Shown one piece after another: positions 38,647 to 51,072 of a stretch of 64,000 bases of DNA. The first letter of the stretch is position 1; each line of letters starts with the position of its first letter. A program made the position numbers and the translations under genes. Location: contig JAUCBJ010006943.1 of NCBI GenBank assembly GCA_032718475.1, positions 58,502-122,501 of the forward strand. Direction: 5' to 3'. The notes below the pieces were generated by a model that was not told where the DNA came from, made no database searches, and saw nothing but the letters and a program-made list of their open reading frames with translations. This DNA comes from Nemertoderma westbladi. Lineage: Eukaryota > Animalia > Xenacoelomorpha.

Positions 38647-39680
38647 TGACTCCCTAACTCCATCTGTACTATCGACAGCTCGCTATCTGTCCTCGCTCTC
38701 CGGTTACTCCTAGAAACGATTCTTCTATTATTCTCTTCACTTCTTCTCTCTTCGACCTCTCGGTTAAACTCTACTAATCTTCTTCTCTCTTCTGACTGGG
38801 CTCGACGTCTCGTCGCTCACCCACTCTCGGCGTTAACATCTGACTCTACTCTGTCCGGCTGGACCCTCCTGGGGACACTCACCATCCCCCTACTATTCTC
38901 CGTCGTCGGGTGCTGCGGTTCACCTAACTTGCCCCGCGCATTATCCGCCGACGCCTGTGGGACATTCTCTGCCCCCCCCCCCTTCTCGCTACTAATCTCT
39001 CGTGGTGGGGCGCCCGTAGCCCCCCCCCCCCCCCCCCACCCGTCACTTCTTACTTCACTATCTCTCACTTCACTTCTATGTCCCCCTTGTGGGACATTCT
39101 CTGCCCCCCTTCTCTCGCCACTAATCTTCCGTGGTGGGGTGCCCGTAGCCCCCCCCCCCCCCCCCACTCGCCACTTCTTACTTCACTACCTCTTACTTCG
39201 CTTCTACACCCCTCTCTAGTCGGCCGGACTACCTGTGTCTACATTAGTATTAATAGCGCCGTTGTCAATATTATTATTTAAATTATTTAAATTAGAATTA
39301 TTATTATTTTCTAAATTTAAATTATTGTTGAATTATTTCCTATATTTGAATTTAAATTATTCGGATTATTTTGAATATTTGAATTAGAATTATTATTTGA
39401 ATTATTTATATTTAAATTTACATTAGACTACCAGGATAAAGGGTTATTTTCTGCAATAAAAGTTTGATTAGGGTTGTCTACTACGGTACTATTAATATTA
39501 ACGTTTTCTACTGTATTGTTATTACCCCCCCCCCCCCCCCGCCTGTACGGTTACACCAGTTCTGGTTCTGTCGCCTGGTGCCTATAAGTGGGGTATTAAC
39601 AAACGTTTCCACTACTTCTGGCTCCTCGTAAATACTACCCGAGCCAGCCTCACTCTCTGATAGTCCCAACTGCGCCAGTT

Positions 39681-40937
39681 CTAGTCGGCGCCTCTGCTGG
39701 CCTGATACTGCATAAGCCCCCTTAGCCGGGCATGCATATCATCCCGCATATGCTTTCCCTCTCTCTCTCTTTCTCTATCCTCTCGTAAACTTTGCTCCGC
39801 TATCTCTGCCTCTCTCGCAACCCTCTCAAGCCTCCTCGCCTCACGCTCCTTGCGTTCGCTCATCTCTCTACGTTCGCTCTCTACTCTCGTCTCTCGCTCT
39901 TTACGCTCGTTCTCTACCCTCGTCTCCCACTCTTTACGCTCATTCTCTACTCTCGTCTCCCTCTCTTTACGCTCGTTCTCTATTTTTGCCTCCCGTTCCT
40001 CGCATTCCTCTGCCTCTCTCACCACTCTCTCGGCCCTCTCTCTACATTCCCTGGCTAACTCTCTCTCTCTCTCTAATAATGCAGTCCCCTCATTCAACTG
40101 TCTCTCTAACTCTTTCTGGTCTAGCGCCGCAATGCCCAATTGACACGCCAGATCTATTTCTAACACCCTTCTTCCTTTTGCGGAGGATGTAGCGGACTTG
40201 TCGGTCCCGACGGAATCCAGTCCCCTCTGTCCTACTAACTTTCCCCCGCTTTCCGGGGTTCTCGCTAACCGACGAGACCGAATCCTCGGAGTTAATCTCG
40301 GATTCGCCCTCGTGCGGGTCTGCCCAACCCACTAACTTAATACCTCTAGCATCCACTAAATACGGCCCTATGTACACAACCTGGGGCTCCATAATCCCGG
40401 ATCGCCACAGTTCAAATAGTTTGGTGGCGACCCCCCTCGCTCTCTCACTGGCTAGTTCTCCCTGCCCGAAGCGAACTAGGGACCTAAAATGTTTGTTCGA
40501 CTCACCTAGTCGCCGCTCTAGTTTTACCTGGTCCACCTTCGCTCCTTCCCTGGCCTCCTTCAACTGTTTCTTCATGGCGTTGTAAGCCCGTCGGAGCCAA
40601 TCGCTGACTCCGACGTCCTCGTCGCCGACCTCTCATTCTCCCCTCCTGGTTCGGCGTCGTACCGGCGGCCCCACCGTCGCCGTTCTGGTGGTCCATCCGT
40701 CGCCCTCAGCCTGTGGCTGGCCGCGACATCGGTACGTCGATCGCCGTTGTGCGTCGACTCTTTGCCTCGTACTGGTAGACGGCCGCCCTCCGCTTGGGTT
40801 GTTGCCGGATCGTCTCTTTCCGGCGTTGCGGGTCGATACCGTCTCGTCGCGGCCTCGCGGATCGTTAGGTTATTGTTGTCCGGGGTCCACGGCGGTGTCC
40901 TCTCTCCCTCTATGTCTCGGAGCTCTCGGCTGCTCAT
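39681..40937 (-). CDS. Extra ORF cluster upstream of gag (40572-40937, 40090-40575, 39681-40166), ending in a Glu/Arg coiled coil; function unknown
   Basis: Three overlapping same-strand ORFs start about 55 nt after the 5' LTR; 11-aa repeats ERKERETRVEN. Confidence 0.45.
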
Positions 40938-41204
40938 CTTTAACTTCCTCTCGGTGGCTGGCAGTCACAGTCGTGGTCCTTAGATTTTGTACTGTGACGG
41001 GATCAGGGGATCCCGTCCGGTGAATTAAGTTACCGCGTTGTTGGAAAGAAGATAGTTTGTTGTTGTTATTGTCTTGATATTGTTATAGATTAACGGTAAT
41101 GAGATATATGATAGCACGGTAATATAGATAATGCAGTAATGAGATAATCTGACAGTAACGGTGACGGTACAAAATGTCACTAGTCCCCACTGTGTGACTG
41201 AGAT

Positions 41205-41242
41205 GACTGAAAGGGGCACAAGCACTAACCGGTAATATATAT
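41205..41242 (-). promoter_or_regulatory. Putative LTR core promoter (TATA-like element plus initiator)
   Basis: Minus-strand TATATA at ~41235-41242 lies about 30 nt before TCAGTC (41205-41210); both are present in the other LTR. Confidence 0.45.
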
Positions 41243-43559
41243 TGGTTACCTACTGTACTTGTGGCCTTATTTACTTAGCGGATGTATTTCCTGGCTCTGA
41301 TTGGCCAATCACCTAATTCTCGGCTCTCACCTCTGTGGGAGTGTTTCCCCCTTCGCTGCTGTCACTTTCCTCTCCCGGAGGTTTAACCTCTGACCTCCCT
41401 TTGTGTGGCCCTTCGGGGTTTGTTGTCCCCGTTTATTGGGTGTGTGATACGAGGTTAATTGGGGATTAACCTCGTATCCCCAATATTGCTTAAAGGCGCC
41501 ACTTCCCACTTTATGGGGTGGTGGGCGGAATTGAATCCGCTCACAATATTAATTATTATTTAGCTTAGCGTTTAAAACTCTCCATCTTGTTTTTTCATTA
41601 CCCATAATTAATATTCTAGAATTGATTAAAAAAACATTAGAATTATAGCGATTTACGTCACAAAATTTACACCCTAGTATTTTGATAATATCTCCGGAAG
41701 TTCTTGGTGAAATTTACAACGGGTTTCAGATTCCGGATCTGCAGTTGAAGGCGGATCTAATGATATCTAGATTTCATTCCATAGACGAAAAATAAAGTCT
41801 ACGGAGGTGGTTAACCATGCTAAATAGACGATTTTTAATGGCTTGTTGTATCGAAATAGCTCATAAATTAAAAAATCCGGCCAGGCCACCAGTAAGAAAA
41901 GGTGTCGATCTATCATCATACCAAATTTCGTAGCATTTTATTGAAATTTGAAAAAAATTAGGGGGGGGGGGGCTCCGACCCTCTATAAATGGTTGTTGTA
42001 TTAAGGGTTATGGTGTATATACATTCGTTTATTGTTTAGGTTAGAATAACGTGCCAATGTTATAATATGTAGGAATATAGAAAATCAAAAAAAAAATCGA
42101 AAATAAAGAAAATCGAATTACAAAGTGAGACAAATTTCAAGAGCAAGAAACCAAAATGAACAACTTAAGACTGCTTAAATAGGAAAATATTTATAAGCGA
42201 AAATAACTAGCCAAGCAAGTGAAAATGAGCTATGCTGGAACCAGCGGGTGGTAGAGATAGCGCACAGCGTGTCCACTTTATCTTGAACTGAACCAATCAT
42301 ATTAAGCACAACGGAATGACTCACTTTTCTTCTTCTTGTTTAGATAGAGGCGTAACAAACAGGAGGGTCATTCTCAACAAAAGTGGCCAAAACCGACTTA
42401 GAAATTGTCCGGAACGTAATTTCTGTTTAGATTGATGAATTTTTAAATGGTAAAATGTTTTATAGATGAAACTAGGCCTGAAAGTTCTGCTCATCATGTT
42501 TTCGGGGTTGAAAAATCCCTGCATATTACCATATTTCTCTGTCAAACGCTAAAAAATAGCATTTTTAACACTTTGTTAAAGAATTTTCATAACATTTAGA
42601 GAACAGTAGAATGACCCCATTATGGTCCTTGGTGTACAAACTATATATCATTCGGAAGCTTGAAAAATTTCCTACATTCTCAGATCAGTTTTTGGACGAT
42701 ACAAATACTTCCGTTCCAGTAACAGCATAAAATATTATTAAATTTCAATATGACCCCTGTAATGTCCCAAATGTTCAATAGAGGTTCGAAAGAAGCTATA
42801 AGAAGTTATCAGTCGGTATGATGATGGGCAAATCCAGCCTCAATTATTACACAACACAATAAAAAAACCTTATTGAAAATGATCCAGTAGTTACCGAATT
42901 GTGAATGATCGCCTTCACCTTTGCTAAAAACCAGCACTTGTCTTTCCTTATTACATATTTTATTGCGGCCTCAAACTATGTTTCTGCTGTAGAGCACAAT
43001 CACTATACCATACCTGTACGTTTCGATCCCTTTCCCTCTAGCGGAATAATCGGATCGAAACGTAAAGGTTCTCAAACGCTTCCCTTGGCATGCTGCCCAA
43101 TAGCTGCTCGATTCACCTAAGGTGGATCGAAACGTTACACCAATCAGGAAGCGGTATGCAGGGGTATTTAAAGCCCCTGCATGCGTCATTTCTTCACTTC
43201 TTAGTCAAAATTCTAGCTTCTTGTGCAAACCCCTGCTACTAAATTTAGGAAAAGTTTCGGTATATATTTTGTGATTTTTGTTATAATCTTTTCTTTGCTT
43301 ATTGGTTAATAAGAAGTCAATTTAAATTTCTCCCGTATTTCTCTTAACGTTTTATATCTACTTCCATTCAACTTCCTGGGTGCTGTCACTGTGTTGCGAC
43401 ACAATACGGCGACGGGCTCCTATTCAACTTTCATTCAGTCATTTCAAAGGCCTAGGCCTACTTAAACTCAGATATCGCAAGGCCATACTTCCCTTCCTAG
43501 CCCAAGTCTGCCACACATCGAACCAGATTCCCTTTACCAATTGAGAACTTCGCTGAGTC

Positions 43560-46500
43560 TACTCTGAGGGGTCGGATACTCTTGAGACATCCACTAAGGG
43601 CGTGATTACGGCACAGATTCGGGAGATCTGTGCTCTCAACCCAACTACGGACGAACTGAAGGCGCATGTCACCCTCAACTCTACTCGCTTGCAGTAACGG
43701 CGGAAAGCAACCCTCCTCGAGATCTTCGAGCTGCTACTTCTGAAGACTATTGACGAAGAGGCTGCCGAACTTCTTTCCGATGAGATGGAGTCGGAACGGG
43801 ACCACATCCTCGAGGCTGAACTCCACCTCGATCAGCTTCGAGGGCTGCTCTCCGTCGACGACCCGCCTTCTCCCGCCGACTGCGACTCAGTTGCGCCCTG
43901 TACTTCTGGTGTTGAGGCCCTTCTGTCAGCTTCGACTCTCCCGAAACTGTCTCTCCCCATTCTCTGGCGATCCCCTGGATTGGAGACAGTTCCACGACCT
44001 AGTTCATCACGCTTGTCGACTTCGATAAGTCTACTGTTTCACCTGCTGCCAAGTTCGTTCATCTGAAGAACTGCCTCTGTGGTCCCGCTCTTGCCGCCGT
44101 GCAGGGCATCAAGTGTGGTGGCGGAGCCTATGCCACTACCACTCAGGAACTGATTTCGCGGTTCGGGCAACCGAACGTTCTGATCGCACTCCACAGCCAG
44201 CGGATTGTGAATGCCCCAGCGGTCGCGACCGACAAACAGGACCAGTTACAAACTTTAGTGGACACCTTCTCTTCCTCTATTCGGGAGTTAGAGTCTCTCT
44301 TCGAAGAAGCAGAGAAAACCGGACTCAACGGGGACCGAGCCCCGTGCGCCTTCTCTACGAAGCTAGCTGGGCTCCTCCTGGCCACGCAGCTGCTCTCAAA
44401 ACTGCCCAAGTCGATCGTCCTGGAGTGGATCCGTAGGAACACCGAGCCTACAGGATGTCACAACCTGGAAGCACTACTAGATTTCCTAAAAACCGAACTG
44501 GAGGGCCTGGAATCGTATCGACGCTTGGGTGAGCTGCCCAGACGCGTTGACAACCCGTCTACGAACCCCAAACCAGCTGCACGCAAACCTTCGGTTACCT
44601 TCTCTTCCAAAACGCTGCGCGCCCCTGCGGCCATTCGCTCACAGAATCTCTGCACTAACTGCCTGGCGTCGGGCCACTACGTTTCTGACTGCCCCCAACC
44701 GCCCAACTGCAGGACTTGCTCTCAGAAGCACCATGGACTTACTTACGAGCTTACTTCCCCTCCTGGGGGATTCTCTAGAGTCGGCTCGTTTGCCCCGTCG
44801 GGTGGATGCTGAACAGCCCACTCTGCATTGTCACATCCTCCCATGGATCCCTCGGTGCCCGAATTCCAACCGCCCTGGTAAAGACTACCGTGGCTTGCCG
44901 ATGAACGGATACCGCCCACCTGCAGACTGCTGTGGTGACTGCGAGCGACCCCTGCCGAACTACTACTAGGAGGATCAGACTCCTCCTCGACACCGGCTCG
45001 GAGGAGTCTTATATAACTTCCGAGCTCGCTTCCTTTCTCGGGCTGAGGGTCCGGGATACGGCTTCCTTTGCCTCCGAGGCGTTCGGTGGCATTGTCTCAC
45101 CCACCCTGGATCACTGCCAGGTGGACCTTCTGCTCAGCAAGGGCAACTCTTCCCTCGGCATGACAGCCTGGGTAGTTGACACCCAGCGAGTAACTATAGT
45201 CGAGTCCCCCCGCGCCGACTCACTCCCAACCATCTCGAAGGACTCAAGCAGCTTGAGTCCCTGGGGTACACCGAGAGACTAGCGTCTCCACCCCCCACTG
45301 CTTACTTCTTGCTGCACCATGCCGTGGTGCAGCATGGAAAGAGACGAATTGTCTTCGACGGTGCCTGGAAGTCGCCCAAAGGCCTCTCCATCAACAACTG
45401 TCTGAAGACAGGTCCGAACCTCCTCCCGCTACTCTTCAATGTCACCCTGCGATTCCACGTCTACCCCTGTGTGGCCTTATGGGACATCGTCAAAGCGTTC
45501 CACCAGATCTCTATCGCCAACCGTGTGTACCTCTGCATACGGTGGCGTGATGAGGAGGGGGAGGTTGTGAGCTACTTCGTTCGCCTTCCGTTTGGACTCA
45601 ACTGCTCCCCGAGTGCCCTCCAGTCCACCCTGTGAGTCCTGTTCGGCCTGCCTGCGGACGCTGCTTCGGCCCCAGCATTGCCGAGCTCGTCTGCTGATGA
45701 GACCCCGGTCAGTGACCCCTCGGTCATTGACCCCTTGGTCGCCTACTGAGCCGAACTGAGTGGAGGTCAACGAACCCCATCTGCAAAGGGGAGTACTGGG
45801 AATTCCATGGGACCCTGTTGCCGACAAAATCTCAGTCAACCTTGACAATGTCGCCCTGTCTAAGGTGTTCACTAAGAGGTCCTTACTGGCCTGCACCACC
45901 TCCATCTTTGACCCCCTGGGTCTCCTCTCCCCTTGGACGCTTTCTCTGCGCTTGCAACTGCAGGCAGCCTGGCACACTGGCTCTGGGTGGGACCATCCAC
46001 TAGACCCTTCTGCCATGAGCATCTGTGTGAATTTCCTCTCCCGCATACCTACGAACCCACCTGCCGTACCCCGGAACTGCTCGTACCCAGACCGTATCGA
46101 GGTCTACGTCGATGCTTTGCCCAAAGCCTACGCGGCTTGTCTCTACACACTGCAGGATGGTGTGTGGACTCTGCTTTGCACCAAAGCACGCACTGCGCCA
46201 CGGCGGCCTGACTTTCGATACCTTGTCTGGAGCTGATGGCGGCTCTGCTGGGAACACGTCTGTATGTATCCGTCCTCAAGGCACACGAAGACCTCCCTGG
46301 GGTCAACGCCCACTTCTATTCGGACTCTACGATAACCCTCGCCTGGCTGAGTAAGCCTTCTGTAACCTGGAAAACCTTTGTGCGCAACCAGGTGGGCGAG
46401 ATCCAGCTCCACGTACCCTCCTATCTTTGGTCCCACATACCAGGGAGTCTGAACCCAGCGGACTTCGCTACCCACGGGTTCGACCTCGTCGATCTTAGCG

Positions 46501-47142
46501 CTTCTAGTTGGTGGTCCGGCCCCGACCACGTACCAGTCGTTGACCCACCCGGTCATTGACCCGCGACACGTGACTCTGGAGATCCGCTGTCTGTTGTCTC
46601 GTCCTGCCATGGGGAGCGAGACTGTCGTAGACCTCTTACATTTCTCAACACTCACCCGCTCTGTTCGGGTTATGGCATGGGTGTCTCGCTTCATCCACAA
46701 CTGCCAAGCCCTTATCTCACTCTTCTATTTGGAACAGCGCTCGCTGATGAGTGCCGACATAGAGCTGATCCTGGATGGAGACGTTCGCGAATCAGCCCTG
46801 TGGCCCTTACGCCCCTTTATCGATCCGAGGAACAACATCTTCTATGGTTGCCCTCGAACCCAGGAACAATCGCTCCCGCTTCTGCCCAAGAAGTCCCCCC
46901 TCATGCGCCTGATTGCCTGGGACGTTCACATCAACTATAAATATGAGGGAGTCTCCATGATGATGTCTGAGCTGGGCCGAACCGCCTGGATTGCTGGCCT
47001 TTGCTTAATCTGCAAGAAGGTTACCAACGACTGCACTCGATGCCGCCGCTATCACTCCAGCCACTTCGGCACGCCTGAGGGGGGGGGGGGGGCTGCCCAA
47101 ATTCCGCGTCCTGCCCAGTGTGATCCCATTACAGTCCACCAG
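43560..47142 (+). mobile_element. Decayed BEL/Pao retrotransposon (gag-PR-RT-RNase H-start of integrase), different family; a 5' LTR may lie at ~42988-43403
   Basis: LPKLSLP, LCTNCLASGHYVSDC, LLDTGSEESYI, RIVFDG..NNCLKTGPNLL..DIVKAFHQI..RLPFGLNCSP, IFDPLGLLSP, SDSTITLAW, NPADFAT and CTRCRR; many frameshifts and stops. Confidence 0.9.
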
Positions 47143-48150
47143 TGTGACGGGATCTGTAAGATCCCGACCGGGTTAGATTTGTACGCATCACCGTTCTGCT
47201 GGCAGTTATGCTAAGTTGCTTTGGCCGGAGGCCGTTGGGGAAAACAATAGAGTTTTGCTTCTCAATATTGATAGTCCAAACGATAATAGCACAATCGGTA
47301 AATCGGTAAATCAGTAACGACACAGATATAATAGCAGAAAATACACAGATTAATTGCTGATGTTAGTGGCGGTGATGGTCATAAACTATGACCGGTCTGC
47401 AACTGAGTAACTAATGAACTGACTGGTAAATCAGTAATGCAGAATAATATATTATTAACACACATGGATATTGATTTCACATCTTACTGTACTTAGCCCT
47501 CTCTACCCAATGGATGCTTTCCTATCTCTAATCACGTGCTTCCCTCCCCGCTATTGGCTAATATACTAATTGTCACTTTGGCACTCCCTGTGAGTGTTTC
47601 CCCCCGCTGCTAGCCTCTACTAGCTGTATTCCTTCCGAGGTGGTTTGACCTCTCACCTCTCTCAGTGGCTTTAGCGCTTGTGTCCCCCCCCCCCCCCCCC
47701 AATATTGGTTATGAGACGAGATTAATATTGGTAATCTATCCACTAACTTATTCCCAACTTATTGGTGAAATGCCACTGGTCCCATTTTCTGGTGGGTAAT
47801 GAAGTGGAATTGAATCCGCTTACACTCCCCCCCCCCCCATGCTATCTTCCCGGTGAGAAGATAGCATCAACCTTAAGTGCGCTTCAATTCCGCTGGAACC
47901 CAATCTAATATCGGGCGTGGGGTGGAGTTCTTTTCTCGGGGTCGACTTTCCAGACCGCCCCCCCTGGGTATGTTATTACTACCCCTCCTTGGTACAATCG
48001 CGAGTTATGTTGCACCAAGGTATCTGGTGTCTCTGTTTGAGACAATTGTGCTCTCTCTTCACACAATTTTTCGCAACCTCTCTCTGATCTCACTCTCGGA
48101 CCCCTCTGTCCCTTACTCTCTCTCTCACGGACCTCAAATTACCCAACTCT
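47143..48150 (-). mobile_element. 3' LTR (47143-47824), PPT and 3' internal fragment of a relative of the 34476-41545 element
   Basis: Starts TGTGACGGGATC and ends GAATTGAATCCGCTTACA, followed by CTCCCC and sequence homologous to 35061-35290. Confidence 0.82.
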
Positions 48151-48282
48151 AAGGTTATCATTGAGAATCCGTTTATTATTCTCCTGTAAATAAACGAAGA
48201 AGCGTTTCATCAGTTAATCCCTGAAAACAAACGCAATAATTTTTATTGTCCGTTTAAATCCTTTTTTTGTCATTTTTTTTAA

Positions 48283-48470
48283 TTTTTATGTCCTCCAGAA
48301 ATTTACCGTTAGGTTCCATGCTACCGGTTTCTCTACTGCTGTTCTCTTATGCTATCAGTACCGATATTAGTTTTTTTTTACTTTTTATGTCCTCCAGAAA
48401 TTTACCGTTAGGTTCCATGCTACCGGTTTATCTACTGCTGTTCTCTCAGGCTATCAGTACCGGTATTAGT
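48283..48470. repeat. Tandem duplication, period 99 nt
   Basis: TTTTATGTCCTCCAGAAATTTACCGTTAGG...GCTATCAGTACCG occurs twice. Confidence 0.85.
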
Positions 48471-48627
48471 ATATAGAGCATTATTTTGCAGTATTGCATG
48501 TACAGATGTAGGTATAAAGGTATTTTAGGTATTTTAGTACCGGTACCGGCACCGGTACTGCGGCGCTGTAGGCCTACTGTGTAGCCAACCATTTAAATAC
48601 GGTACTGGTAGGCCTACCGGCTGACCG

Positions 48628-49443
48628 GTTGTTTTGGTTAGAAAATCAAGCCTCTGTAACCTGCTCCTTTCCCTGATTTGGTAAAGTGACCGTGTATTGT
48701 TTTGGTTAGAAAGGCCCGCCTCTGTAACCTGCTCCTTATTTCCTTCATTTTGTAAAGTGACTGTTTATTGTTTTGTTTAGAAAATCCCGCCTCTGTAACC
48801 TGCCCCTTTTCCCTCAATTAGTTAAAGTGATCGTTTATTGTTTTGGTTAGTAAATCCCGCCTCTGTAATCTGCTCCTTTCTCTCAATTGGTAATGTTATC
48901 GTTTATTGTTTTGGTTAGAAAATCCCGTCTCTGTAACCTGCTTCTTTCCCTGATTTGGTAAAGTGACTGTTTGTTCGTTTTGGTTAGAAAATCCCGCCTC
49001 TGTAACCTGCTCCTTTCTCTCAATTGGTAATGTTATTGTTTATTGTTTTGGTTAGAAAATCCCGTCTCTGTAACCTGCTTCTTTCCCTGATTTGGTAAAG
49101 TGACTGTTTATTGTTTTGGTTAGAAAATCCCGCCTCTGTAACCTGCTCCTTTCTCTCATGGTAATGTTATCGTTTATTGTTTTGGTTAGAAAATCCCGTC
49201 TCTGTAACCTGCTCCTTTCCCTGATTTGTTAAAGTGACTGTTTATTGTTTTGGTTAGAAAATCCCGCCTCTGTAACCCGCTCCTTTCCCTCAATTAGTTA
49301 AATAATCGTTTATTGTTTTGGTTAGAAAGGCCCGCCTCTGTAACCTGCTCCTTTCCTTCATTTGGTAAAGTGACTGTTTATTGTTTGGGTTAGAAAATCC
49401 GGCCTTAACCTGCTCCTTTCCATCAATTGGTAATTGTTTTTGG
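48628..49443. repeat. Minisatellite of about 12 copies of a ~68-nt unit
   Basis: TTGTTTTGGTTAGAAAATCCCGCCTCTGTAACCTGCTCCTTT recurs every ~68 nt. Confidence 0.92.
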
Positions 49444-49998
49444 CTATAAAATGAGTGTTTTGCTACGTCATGTGGTAATCGATTATCGACAACAACCACA
49501 AACTATTAAATTTAGAGTCTTTTACCACAGGCGCATATGGAAATCTATCTCATCGTCTGTAAATCATGGAATCATGGAATGTTTTGGCACAGGCATAGTG
49601 CAGTAGTGAAATCAACGATCTGACAGTCCAGAAATCACCAGTCTGACAGTTTGAAGAAATACATACATAAAAAGTCATTAAAATGACAATAAAAGTCATT
49701 AAATGGACAACAAAAGTCATTATGCATAATTCGTAAAAAAAAATGACAAAAAAAGTCAAATAAAATGACATAAAAAATCACTGCCAATAACTATGTTACA
49801 TTCGATCCTGATTAAGTTCAGTCTGACACCCATAACAATAGTATACTGGCAGACTGGTATACTGTATAGGACTGTAGGACAGTAGGATGGCAGGATGGAG
49901 GCCCCCAAACAGGAATGAGCTCCTTAATACAGTATGCAGTAATAATCAACAAATCTTATCTCAGTATGGTTATCCTGCTATCCGCATCACCCAACTGC

Positions 49999-51072
49999 CC
50001 AAGGCGTTCTTTACTAAAGGCCATGCAACCGTGCAGGACTGGGGGCTGACTGGAGGCTGATAATTCTGATTCTGTTAATTTAAGTGTCTTTCAGAAGTTC
50101 TGTAAGCACTGGTCGGCATACTGCTGTACTGCAGTACTGGCATATCTCAGTATCTAATGTAGCAATGCAGGTAATTAACACTGTTTGGTGCCGCGTGCCG
50201 GTACTAATAGGCCTACATTAGCTGATTGGGCACATTGACAAACTAGGGTACCGGTATGTGCTGATGTGGGTGTGTGTGGCAAAGCTGCAAAGGCCAATAA
50301 CAATTAGTGGATTGCAGTACAGTAGGCCTACCTATTTTTGAAAATTGTGGATTCGGCTCAATATTTCAACTTTTGCCGGATGCCAGCGCAAAATGTTGTG
50401 TGTTTGGCAGTTTGGCTGTCGATCAAACTACGATGCAGCGATGACAATGGTGAACCAGTTCGAGTTTCAGTTTATCGATTACCGCCTGGAATTGAAGAAC
50501 ATCGCCGATGGGTACAAGCTATACATTCACTTAAACATTCACGGACTGCTGTTATAAATATGCAAAGTCTAGAAACACTGGGCAGCTGGGTGTCAGGTGG
50601 TTAAGGATTAGTAAACTTATTACTCGTTTCCCATTGTAAGCCTCGTTGTGCTTGGCCCGGTTTTGTCTGAAAATTGTTTTCCTCAACGTTTATTGAATGC
50701 CTTTAATAATTATGCAAAGTCTGAAAACCGATTGAGTAACTGCTGATTAATAGCAGATGGATACATACTCACACTTATATATATATGTATAGGGCCTATA
50801 GGTAGATATATAGGACCTACCCAAACTATTAACAAAACCTGTCTATTCTATCTATTCACCCAGTCTATTCTAGGATGGTTCGTTATTAAGGCATTACAAT
50901 TTTTATAAAATTTATAATGGTTGATTTTGTTAAAAATTTGGTTGTTTTAGATAGTATGTAGTATGAACAGGCGTTCCAAAACATATAATGCAAGTATTAT
51001 AGTCAGCCTCCAGTCAGCCTCCAGTCCTGCACGGTTGCATGGCCTTTCTGCCTTTAGTAAAGAACGCCTTGG
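49999..51072. mobile_element. Inverted-repeat-bounded element carrying a THAP remnant
   Basis: CCAAGGCGTTCTTTACTAAAGG..CATGCAACCGTGCAGGACTGG..GCTGACTGGAGGCTGA (49999-50060) is inverted at 51003-51072. Confidence 0.65.
50380..50585 (+). pseudogene. Frameshifted THAP-domain fragment
   Basis: Joining frames gives MP..KCCVFG..CRSNYD..VSVYRLP..RRWVQAI..IC..KHW, the THAP C2CH signature. Confidence 0.6.

Larger units (their letters stand above)
34476..41545 (-). mobile_element. Non-autonomous BEL/Pao LTR retrotransposon (LTRs 34476-35051 and 40993-41545); gag and protease only
   Basis: Both LTRs are TGTGA...TCACA; TSD ATATT at 34471-34475 and 41546-41550; minus-strand polypurine tract at 35052-35060; no RT, RNase H or integrase motifs found. 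Confidence 0.92.
34045..42015. mobile_element. Foldback/MITE of about 0.9 kb with ~400-nt inverted arms, split by the LTR element
   Basis: CACCATAACCCTTAATACAACAACC at 34045 is inverted at 42015, with TA on both flanks; arms 34045-34445 and ~41640-42015 are reverse complements. Confidence 0.85.

Noticed and set aside
37076-38657. Long plus-strand ORFs (e.g. 250 aa at 37076-37828)
   Set aside because: They are antisense shadows of gag and protease with no recognisable motifs.
41529-41548. LTR end AATTGAATCCGCTCACAAT resembles the lac operator (possible vector contamination)
   Set aside because: The match is imperfect, forms the natural terminus of all three related LTRs, and has no vector context.
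48628-49443. Regularly spaced repeats resembling a CRISPR array
   Set aside because: The intervening segments are homologous rather than unique spacers, there are no cas genes, and the context is eukaryotic.
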